The translations under genes were made by a program, and so were the position numbers. A DNA stretch of 64,000 nt from Guillardia theta CCMP2712 (taxonomy: Eukaryota; Protista; Cryptophyta), in contig NW_005434671.1 in the NCBI RefSeq assembly GCF_000315625.1, forward strand, positions 572,130 through 636,129, written 5' to 3'. How positions within the stretch are numbered: position 1 is the stretch's first letter; every line of letters begins with the position of its first letter. The notes beneath the pieces are model-generated. The model was not told where the DNA came from and did no database searches. It worked only from the letters and a program-made list of their open reading frames with translations. This document shows, piece by piece, positions 53,801 through 64,000 of the stretch.

Positions 53801-56800
53801 CTGGACGATCTCGTTCTAGAGGGTCGAAGTGAGTCAAGGAAGCATGACGACTTTGAGCCTCCACCTGCTTCGACATCAACCGTTCCTGCAGCTGCTTCTT
53901 CTCTGCCGTGACCTGCTTGCTCTGAGCCCTCAACTCCTGCACCATCACCAGCTGACAGTCAGCAGAGGCCTCACATGAGCTGCAGCTCACCCCCAGCTGC
54001 TTGTCCAGGTGAGACACTCGAGCTCCTACGCCGCGAACTTTATCAAGCACAAGCTGCTGCACGCCTTCCAACACCTTCACACACACAGTAAGCCCATGGC
54101 CTCCTCCCCTCCCCTCCCCTGCCCTCCCCTGCCCTCCCCTGCCTTCTCCTCTTCTCCCCTCCCTCCCTCCTTCCCCTCCTCGGCTTCCCCCTATCCTGTC
54201 CTCGCTCACCTCGCAAGCGTCCTCCCCGTCACAGTCTGCGAGGTTGTCGCTGGCTTGACTCTCGTCATCGAGGCAGGAGAGACCACTTTCAAAGAGGTCC
54301 CGCAGCTTCGCTTCTTCTTCCCGCTTTAGTTCACCTCCTCTCCCTTCCATGATGGCACAGCTCATGCACTCGAGCACAGCTTGCAGTGCTCTCTTGTACA
54401 GGATGGAGACGGGCACGAGCGACTTGACTCGCTTCAGTTCTCTCGCAGTGTCCTGCAGTTCTTCTTTCACCTTCTCCCTGTCCACCTTGTCAGCTGGCAC
54501 GTGCGCTCCCTTCCTCCTTCACCTCTCCCCGTACAGACGAGCTCTTGCCTCGTTCAGCTCCGCGATCTTAAGCTCCCGCTCATCCAACTGCCTCTGCCAG
54601 GCATGAGTGACCAGATGATTCTTGAGCTGCAGCACCTGGCAAGTTTCCTGCACCTCCGCGACTCTCTCTGCCAACTTCATCGCGTTCTGTGAGGAAGTGA
54701 GAGGTTGAGCAGCTCCAGCTCTCGCCCACCTCTTCGAATCTCCTCGCTTTCTCTCTCTCCTCACTCAGATCGGCAGTAAGCTTGGATATCTTCGCTTGCA
54801 GCCCATGCAGCTTCCCGTCCTTCTCGGCCTCTTCGTCTCCCTTCCTTGTCGCCGCCTGTCGTCCCACAAGCTCTCAGTCTTACTCTTCCGCCAACTCCCT
54901 ACCTCGTGCAGCTCTGCCAAGCTGCTTCGCTCCCGCAAGAGGTCAGCTCTGAGATCCTCTACCTCCCTGTCCATCCTCGCGGCTCCTTCCCGAGCCCTTT
55001 GGAGTTCAGCCAGACATCCATCCAGCTCCTGAGCAAGACGTCATGCCCTCCCTCCCTCTCCTCCTCCCTGCCTTCTCCCTCCTTCCTGCTTTCCTCGCTC
55101 TCTAACCCCCCTCCCCATGTTCTTCTTCTTCGACCTCTCGTGCGTGCTGCAGGTCGCAGTCTTTGTCGGACAGCTCCTTCTCCAGCTCCTCCATCTTAGC
55201 CGCCAGACTCTCGTGCTCAGCCCTCGCGCTCTCCTCAGCAGCCCAGTTCCTCTCCAGCTGGGCGAGTCTTGACTTGAGCTCTTCGGCTTCTTCCTGCAGC
55301 TGGACATTGAGCTCTTGCGACTCCCTCGCCGCTCTCGAGCTCTTTTCTAACTCGCTCCTGCTTCTCTCCACCTCCGCCTGCATCTCCGCACTCGCACTCG
55401 CTGACGCAAGGGCTTCCTTCAGCCGCTGCTCCTTCTCCGCTAATTTCGCCTTGGGGGACGCAACCAGTCAGCGTCAGGAAGAGAAGGTCCTAGCAGACCT
55501 TGAGATTCTCTTCGCAGACCTTCATCCTCTCGCTGGCTGTCGACAGCTCTTCGACCATGGAGTTGAGCTCTCTGATCCTGCAGTTTGACTTCCACGTCTC
55601 CTTCTCCTCCTCGTCGATCTGACAGGTACGTCACATTCATCTCCTCCTCTCATTCTCACCTTCTCAAGGGCACCATGAAGCTCCGCTCGCAAGCTCGCGA
55701 TGCTTCCTTCTCGATCGCTCAGTCGCTCTTTGAGTCTGTTGGGGTCACGTCAGGGCAGATGAGCAGCTTTTGCCTACTCGCCTCGTCGCCTCCTCCTCCA
55801 GCTCCTCAACCCTCGACACAAGCTCGTGGATCTCCTGCGTGATACCATCAACCACTCGGTGGCACGCGAGCATGGGAACGACTTCTTCTTTCCTCTCGAT
55901 CTCTTCCTGCAATCATTCTTCACTCCCAAGCCCCCGCCCCAAGCAGCCATCACCTCCTTCCGCTTCATTTTCTCTTCGTACTCGCTCGTCCTCACACTAA
56001 CTGTCGCTTCCGTCTCTCTGTCGTGCTCGTCAGGAGCGCAGCTCTTCTCTGCCAGGCTGAGCTTGAGAGCTTCGAGCTCCTCCTGCGACGGGTGAGGAAG
56101 AGAGCGAGGGGGATGCGAGAGGCTCACGAGGGCAGCCGATCGCTGCCTGTCTGCCTCCTTGGCCTTGTTACGAGCGGCTTCAATCAACTGGAGGAGACGG
56201 TGAGGGAGGACGACAGGAGGCGAAGCACCTTCTTGGTATTTTCCTTAAGGCTCTTGATCTGCTCTGCCTTGAGCTCCTGCCATGCCACGTCACTGCCTTC
56301 ACTCTGTGCCTCTCCCACAACCTCGAGCTTCCTTCTCTCCGCCTCTCGCTCCTCCTTCATCTGCTCCATCGCTTCCTGCCTCGTCATATCAACTCGCTGG
56401 AAGCAGCAGCTCTGGTTCTCTCACGCTCTTTGCTTGCTCGAGCTTCTTGTTCCTTTCCTCAAGCAGTCGCAGCTGCAGCTTCTTTACAGCACTTAACTCG
56501 CCCATCCTCGTCTCACCTCTCCTTGCAGCCTCTCGCACTCCTCGCGCATGCCCTGCACCTTCTCCTCCAGGTCGAACTTCTGCTGCAGCAATGTCTGCTG
56601 CTGCTCCGTCACTTGCTCGAGCTGAGCCAGCAAGTCCTCGCTCCTCCTGTCTCTCTCCTCCATCAGCGCCTTTTTCTCCGTCATCGCAAGCTCCAGTTGA
56701 CAAAGTTTGCCCCCCATCGCCTCGATTTCGCTCTCTCTGCTTGCTAGCTGGATTTGGAGGGCCTTGACTTGTTGAGAAGAGGAAGAGGAGGAGCCTTCTT

Positions 56801-59045
56801 GCTGCTGCAGCTGCAATCGAAGCTCCTCGATCTGACAAGAACTCAACCAGCGCGAGGGTTACGCGTCTCCTTACCTTTGCCGTCATCTTCTGCTTCATCT
56901 CATTGGCTTTCGTCTTGGCGTTCTCAACCACCTGCAGCAGCATCAGCCCCTTACGCTTCTCCCCCCTCCTCTCCTCACAGCTTTCGCATGCGTCCGGATC
57001 TTGACAATCTCTTGATCTTTCTGAGTCACTTGGCAGGAGTTGGCCTTGGCTGCTCCAGCTGTCAGCACGACTCCTCAAGCCACCAGCTGCCGTCACCGAG
57101 CTGCTCAAGCATGCCCTCCAGGCTCTCCGCCGCCTCCAGGCCCCTCGCCAGACCCTCTGCGACCTCAAGGGCGTGAGCATCTCCATGGCACCAGGAGCCG
57201 CTGCCGCCGCCGCTCGGAGCTTCAAGAGCTGCGACTCTTGCCTGCACACCAGCAACATCACGAGCGAGACAGCGCAAGGGTCCAGCAGACCTCCAGCTGA
57301 CTCTTCTGCCTCTCGTGATTCTCTCGTTCCTGCTTGACCTTGCAAAGCATCAGCCCTGCTAGACGAGAAGGAAAGAGGAGAAACACTACCTTCTCGATCA
57401 TCTTCTTGGCTTCTTCTTTGAAGCGCTTTAGTTGCTCATCCTATCGGTGCAGAAGTGTCAACTCTCAGGCTATCTCATTCATTTCACCTTCTCGTTGAGC
57501 TGATTCTGAAGCTCCCGAACTCTTGTAACGTCTCCTGGAAGCATCTCAGCCATCCAAAATCATGCGGCGGCGCTACCGCAAGACAATTCCTGCACCCTCG
57601 ACTGCAGCTCTTCCACCATCTGCAGCCTGTCAAAGAGGAGGCAAGCGAACGAGTGGACAACAACAACAGCAGGGAGAGGAAGGGAGACGCAAGATGGAGA
57701 GAAGGAAGCGGGGAGAAGAGAATGCTTTACACCACCTTGTGCTCTTCCTTCCATCGATTTTCAGCCTCCAACAATCGACTTCTTTCATCGCCCTCTTCAC
57801 CCTGACATGAACATCATACCCTCAGCAGAACTTTACCAATGCTGGCATAGATGTTGAAGGGAAGGGGAAGGCATGTTGGCCTTCATTTTCCATCTCACCT
57901 GGCGCCTCAACCGTGCAAGTTCATCTTCCAGGTGCTTGACCTTCTCCCTGAGCTGCTTCCACTTTCGTCATGAGATTCGTAGCGATGTAGTCGAAGGTAC
58001 CGTAAAGATTTCCGCTTCCGCTTGCTGGGCACCTAAGAAAACAAGTCCGATCATGCTTCGAGAACAGGAAGAAAGCAGAGGATCTCGTCATCGTCCAAGT
58101 CGCTTACCCGAAGAGTCTGGCGACACCTGCTGCTGCTCCTCTCCCTGCTCCTCGTCACGTTCACACCCACCATGCCCACAAGCGCGTCGCTCGCTTGCCT
58201 GAGACGACAGAGCTGCTCTGAGGCGAGCATTCTCGTCGCGAGCCTTCTTGAGCTCTCGTCTTATCTGCAGCCCCTTGTCACAGATGTCTCAGGCAGCAGT
58301 ACAAGTCACTTGAGAAAGAGGTTGACTTGCGTCCGAAGACTGGCCGTCAGTCAAGCCAGCGTTAGAAGCACCCTCTTGCTGAGCCTTCTTCTGCGCCTCC
58401 TCTCTCACAATCTCTTGCAGGACCTCGTAGTCTCTCTGGTTTGCAATCATCGTGGAATACTATCACCTGACGATTCAGACTACCTGCACTCTCTTGTGCT
58501 CCACGTACAAGTTTCGGAACTTGTTCAGCGCTTGTTGCAATTTGGCACTTTGAACGAAACAAAACATCAACACGTCCGAATCATCTCGACAGAGAACATT
58601 GAATTTTCTATACCTTCGTTGAACACATAGATTCTCAAGCTCATTTCTAGAAAGATTCTGAAAATTGCATTCTGATTCGAAAGAAGTTCCAGCCTGATCA
58701 CTTTTTGTCTGGCTGGTAGCAGCTGGGAGGAGCAGAGTAAGGGACTGAAACACCTACTTGACTTGAGACTCAAACACCTACTTGATTCTCCCTCGGGGTT
58801 GAGAGTTGCCGTCAGCTTCGCCTCCGCGCCAGCCTTAAGACAAGTCACGCGCAAGAGCCACGAGACCTCATTCACCTTTGCTGCCGCCGCTGCTGCCGCT
58901 GCTGATTCAGCTGCCTGTCGCGTGCAGGCAAGTCAAACTTTTTCATATCCATGCAACGAGGTTCTCGTACCTTGGACAGCTTGACCAAGCTGTCTCCAAG
59001 CCAGTTGGACATGGTGGAGGGTGGAGAACAACTAGAATCCTTCAT
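50866..59045 (-). CDS. GRIP-domain golgin (long coiled coil), many exons; start approximate
   Basis: About 8 kb of E/K/Q/R-rich coiled-coil exons ending in GRIP 'REGINIEYLKNVLIKYVET|DHEGLIPVFYSVLEFNAEER|RLENVRVKMSSPWSKL'. Confidence 0.82.
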
Positions 59046-59634
59046 GCATGTCAGTATGAACAATCATTAACAGCAGGAGCAGGAGTAGGGGGCAAGGAGC
59101 AGCGAGCAAGAAGCGGGGAGCAGAGCGCAGAGCGCAGAGCGCAGGAGAAGGAGCAGGAGAAGGGAGAAGGGAGAAGGGAGAAGGGAGCAGGGAGCAGGGA
59201 GAAGGGAGAAAGGAGCGGGGAGCAGGAGGCGATACCAGAACTCATTATCGCCATCCTTGGCAAGAGATTGTAACGGATTGAATAACGATCTTATATACCG
59301 TAACGGAATACCGTTATGTTTTACCTCCGAAGTACCAACGGAGGCAGGCCCGCAGGAGCTCCTCGATCAGCTAATTGACTTTCCACACTTCACGTGCATT
59401 TCGCACAGTTCTCCTCCTCCCCCTCCTCCTCCTCCTCCTCCTCCTCCTCCTCCTCCTCCTCCTCCTCCTCCTCCTCCTCCTCATCGTCATCATCATCGTC
59501 GTCGTCGTCTTTCTCCCACGTGCTCCCTTGTGGCCCTCCCATCCTCTCACGTCAGATCGCGGTGGTTGCAACTGTGTTTCAGAGTGATCTTCTTTGCTTT
59601 TTCTGGTTGTCTTGCTTGATTGGCAGCACCTGTC

Positions 59635-62600
59635 ATGGAGGTGCTGAATGCTTCCCGCCATAAGAAACGGCTACAACGAGCTGCTGCTGCTGCTGGAGAA
59701 AAGGCAGCTGAGAATGCAGTGCCGAGCAAACGGGTGAAATTTACGGATGGCAACAACAACGAGATTGCAAAGGTAGACGAGGATGCAGACAGTGACGATG
59801 CCAATGCAGATCTTGTACTTGCTCTCACAAAAGATGAAAAGGCAAAACGACAGGCTGCAGCGAAGATTGCGGCCAAGAAGGTGGTTGCAGATGCAGAGAA
59901 GAGCAAGGTGAGCAAGACGAAACAAAAAGCCTTGCAGAAATTGAAAGAGAGGCAAGAGAGAGAAGCCAAGCGAGGCGAGGTTCTGAAATCTCTACAAGAA
60001 CATGCCATCAACAGTGATGTCGCTGCTTTGCTCAAGTCAAGCTCAAAGATTGGAACTGGAAGGGAGACGAAGAAGCAGCGGCTGTCGCAGGCCTTGAAGG
60101 AGGAGCGAGCAGGAGTGTGCCTGACTGACCACGCGGATCTCATCGTTGGGATCAACTCACACAATGACAAAGAGAGTGCGAGAGCAAGAAGAAGGAGGTT
60201 GGAACGAGAGCAAGACGAGATGGAGCAGGCCTTGTATCACTCGGATGAGGCCGACGAAGAGAGCTCAGAAGCAGAACAGGAAGGCGAACCAAGGGTTGAT
60301 GAAGAGCATCAGCCAGCAAACCTCACAGCACAAGAGCACGATATTCATGCTGACACGTCAGATTTGACTCCAAGAACGAAGGAGGAGGAGCGCAAGGAGG
60401 AAGGGAAAAGGAAGGAGGAGGAGCGCAAGGGGGGAGGGAAAGGGAAGGAGGAGGAGGACGAAAGGGCACCTGCTTACGTTGTTCGAGTGAAGAGGAGACC
60501 TGAGATTGAGCGGGTGCGAGAGAAGCTGCCGATGTTTGCAGAGGAGCAGGCGGTTATGGAATGCGTCAACGATCATGACGTCATGATCCTCTGCGGAGCC
60601 ACCGGGTGAGCTCTCGGTGAGCTCGCGCTGGTACTGGGCTGACGTTGAGGGTGCAGGTGCGGGAAGAGTACGCAGCTGCCTCAGTTCCTGTACGAAGCCG
60701 GTTACGGGGAAGCGCCGGGCAGGCGCGGGATGATCGGATGCACTCAACCTCGTCGAGTCGCAGCCGTCACGACTGCTAAGAGAATCGCGAGCGAGCTGAA
60801 CGTGCAGCTGGGGAAGGAGGTGGGGTTCCAGGTGAGGTACGAGAAGCGAACGAGGAAGGAGACGAAGATCAAGGTGATGACGGATGGGATTCTGCTCAAG
60901 GAGATGCAGAGCGACTTTCTTCTCTCCGACTACTCGGCGATCATCATCGATGAGGCCCACGAGCGAGGCACCAACAGCGATATCCTCATCGGTCTGCTCT
61001 CGCGCCTCGTGCCCATGCGCAGGAAGGGAGTAAAGGACAGGAGCGGCAAGCTGCTTCCCCCCCTCAAGCTCATCATCATGTCTGCTACCCTCCGTGTTAG
61101 CGACTTTGTGGACAACGCGCCCTTGTTTCCTCACCCTCCTCCCGTGGTGGAGGTGGCAGCGCGGCAGTTCCCTGTGACAGTCCACTTCAGCAGACGGACG
61201 GCGACGTTGGACTACCTGCAGGAGGCGCTCAAGAAAACGCTCAAGATCCACGCGAAGTTGCCGGGGGGAGGGATCCTGGTGTTCCTGACGGGGAGGCGGG
61301 AGATCAACTGGATGTGCCGGAAGGTGAAGGAAGAGCTAGGAAAGAAGCGAAAGAGAAGCAAGAAGAGCGAAGAACAAGCTGGGGGAGAAAAGACTGACAA
61401 CCTCAGGCTCCCTCCTCTCCCCGCAAACATCTCCCTGCCTTCGGATGGTGTTGATACCAACGAGAATGCCAAGGAAGGGTTTGTGTTCGGCCTGGATGAC
61501 GGAGCTGAGAGTGAAGAGGAAGAAGTTGATGTTGTGGAAAAGATGAAGGTAGAGGAAGAGGAGGAAGAAGCAGGAGAGGAGAAGGGGGGGGAGGAGGGGG
61601 AGGAGTCAGAAGTCGAAGACCTTTCCGAAAACGAGTATGACCTAAGCGACAGCGATGATGATGATGAGGAGGAGGAGGAGGAGGAGGAGGAGCAAGGGAA
61701 TGGAAGCGGAGAATCTTCTTCAAGGACGATCGTCTTAAGCTCACAAATGATCCAAAGAGGAGATGCTGCGAAATCTTGTTCAGAAACAGAAGAGGAGAAG
61801 AAGGAGAAGGAGAAGGAGAAAGAGAAAGAGAAAGAGAAGGAGAAGAAGGAGAAGAAGACGAGAGTCAAGAAGAGGCCTAACAAAGTTGAGGTGCTTCCTC
61901 TCTACTCCATGCTCCCTGCAGACCAGCAGATGAAAGTGTTTGAGCGAGTGAGAAAAGGCGTCAGACTTATCGTGATCGCTACCAATGTAGCCGAAACCTC
62001 TATCACTATCCCCGGGATCCGGTCAGAACTCCTTCTTCTCCTGCACTCCCCTGCCCTCGCCTCGCCTGCCCTCGCCTCGCCTCGCCTCGCCTCTCTCCTC
62101 CCCTCCTCTCTCCTCCCCTCATCTCTCCTCTCTCCTCTCTCCTCTCTCCTCTCTCCTCTCTCCTCTCTCCTCTCTCCTCTCTCCTCTCTCCTCTCTCCTC
62201 TCTCCTCTCTCCTCTCTCCTCTCTCCTCTCTCCTCTCTCCTCTCTCCTCTCTCCTCTCTCCTCTCTCCTCTCTCCTCTCTCCTCTCTCCTCTCTCCTCTC
62301 TCCTCTCTCCTCTCTCCTCTCTCCTCTCTCCTCTCTCCTCTCTCCTCTCTCCTCTCTCCTCTCTCCTCTCTTTGTGTCGACTTACCTGGCAACGGGTCTC
62401 AGGTATGTTGTGGACACGGGGAGGGTCAAGGAGCGCGTCTACAGCAAACGCTCGGGCATCGGCAGCTTTCGCATCGCGTGGACGTCGCAAGCGAGTGCAA
62501 ACCAGCGAGCAGGGAGAGCAGGCAGAACAGGAGCAGGGCACTGCTACCGCCTCTTCTCATCCGCCGTCTTCGAACATCAATTCTCTCCCTTCGCTCCTCC

Positions 62601-64000
62601 TCAGATCCTCCAGACTCCCATAGAAGGCGTCGTCCTCCAGGTTCGTCTGTTCTTCCGCCCTCGCTCTCAGCAGCTGACGTCGTCGGATTGCGCAGATGAA
62701 GGTTATGTCCATCCCCAACATCCGCGAGTTTCCGTACCCGACGCCGCCCAACGAGGAAGACATCGAGAGAGCCATCAAGGTGACAGAGGCGAACCCTCCC
62801 TTCCTCTGCCTCCTCTCTCCATCTCTTTCCCCTCTTCTTCCTCCTTCCCCTTCCCCTTTCTTTATTCCTGGCCTCCCTTTCCCTTACTTTCCCCCGTCCT
62901 ACCTACTAACCCCGCTGCCGTCCTCCCTCCTGTTCTCTCCTCACCTTCTTCCTTCAATCCTCCTCCTCGTCCACTCCTCTCATCCCTCTCCCTTCCTCCC
63001 CTCCAACTTTTGTATCTCTCCTTGTCTCCTTCTCCTCGCCCTACTTGTCTTGAATCTCCTGCAAGCCCCTTCGTTTCCTCTTCTCATGCTTCTCGTCTTC
63101 TCCTCCTGACTTGTCTTGGCAGCTCCTTGTCAGTCTGGGAGCGCTGGACGAAGAGGAGCAGGTCACTCCCCTCGGCGTCCAGCTCGCTGCCTTTCCTCTT
63201 GCTCCTCGCTTCGCAAAGATGCTGGTGCTCGGCAATCAGAGCGGCTGCCTCCCTTACGCTGTCGCGCTCGTTGCTGCCCTCACCGTCGAGAACCCCATCG
63301 TGTATGAGCGAGAAGGAGCGAGAGATGCTGAGCAGGACGAGGACGAGGAGAAGGACGAAGACGAAGAGCAGGAGCAGGAGCAGGCAGGAGGGAGGAAGGA
63401 AAGACAGTGGAATGGAGGAGCGCAAGTCTGCAGGAGAGATCTGTGGACGCACACGAGGAGCGACGCTCTGGCCCTTGTCAAGGCCTTGGGTGCCTACGCT
63501 TTCAGGTCAGAAGAGGAGGAGAGGTCGGGGGAGGAAAAGGCTTGACGAGAGTGGCAGCGGAGGAGAGGAAAGAGATCAGTTTGCACAAAACCATGGGCTG
63601 CACCCGAAGCTGATGCGAGAGATGTTATCAGCGTATCAGCAGCTGAACTCGCTTCTTCGCTTCTACTTCCCCTCCCTCGCTCCTCTCCTTGCCTCTGACG
63701 ATGGGCCTTCCCGCCCCCCTTCAAGCCAGCAGGAGGAGCTTCTCTGCCAGCTCCTCCTTGCAGGCCTGGTCGACCAAGTCGCCAGGCTTGACCCGGACTG
63801 CCGCGCGCGCGTGCGATGGTGAGAGGAGGAGGAGGAGGAGGAGGAGGAGGAGGAGATGAGGGGCGACGGCAGGTACCGAGGCATCACCACTGATGCTCCT
63901 CTCTTCATTCATCCGCACAGCTGCTTGTCCGGTCAGACCCCGCAATGGGTAGTCTACCTCGAGCTCTCACAGACGTCAAAAGTCTACATGAAAGGAATTA
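59635..64000 (+). CDS. DHX37: DEAH-box RNA helicase DHX37/Dhr1 (SSU processome), runs off right edge
   Basis: GATG|AGKSTQLPQFLYEAGYG, TQPRRVAA, DEAHER, MSATLRV, LPGGGILVFLTG, ATNVAETSITIPGIR, SANQRAGRAGRTG; 'RPEIERVREKLP' N-terminal motif and acidic insert typical of Dhr1. Confidence 0.92.
62120..62370. repeat. (TCTCCTC)n heptamer array in DHX37 intron
   Basis: About 35 perfect copies inside intron 62022-62402. Confidence 0.95.

Noticed and set aside
62022-63122. LSPLSSL repeat and Pro/Ser-rich insertions in DHX37
   Set aside because: Stop-free introns with GT-AG ends; splicing restores IPGIR|YVVDTG.

Overview
Gene-dense eukaryotic nuclear DNA with many short GT-AG introns (CTGAC/CTAAT branch points), microsatellite-filled introns and one 100-N assembly gap. 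Flagellar genes, signal-peptide + 'AF' bipartite presequences and intron style point to a flagellated alga with a complex red plastid; a cryptophyte such as Guillardia theta is my inference, not verified. About 17 protein genes can be supported: a Patched/SSD protein (truncated at left), CFAP74, a CARP-PDZ-C2-PDZ protein, a CLC channel, EFCAB10, MgtE, an AT-richer Tudor/RFTS-like protein, Efg1 with a signal peptide, two small orphan genes, RSPH14, an intronless orphan, HID1, a PA14x3 + bulb-lectin membrane protein, a small coiled-coil protein, an amino-acid transporter, a GRIP golgin and DHX37 (truncated at right). Most interesting: (1) Efg1 with an ER signal peptide plus a ubiquitin-like LRVRGG motif, a candidate periplastid/nucleomorph-imported ribosome factor; (2) recurring intergenic GC-rich palindrome/micro-duplication islands next to GGGGTAGGG tracts; (3) unusual domain fusions; (4) a W/DG motif repeated in the lectin protein and Q-x-L motifs in type II membrane proteins. 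No CRISPR, tRNA, rRNA or transposase was recognised. Exon boundaries and domain calls were made by eye and are approximate.
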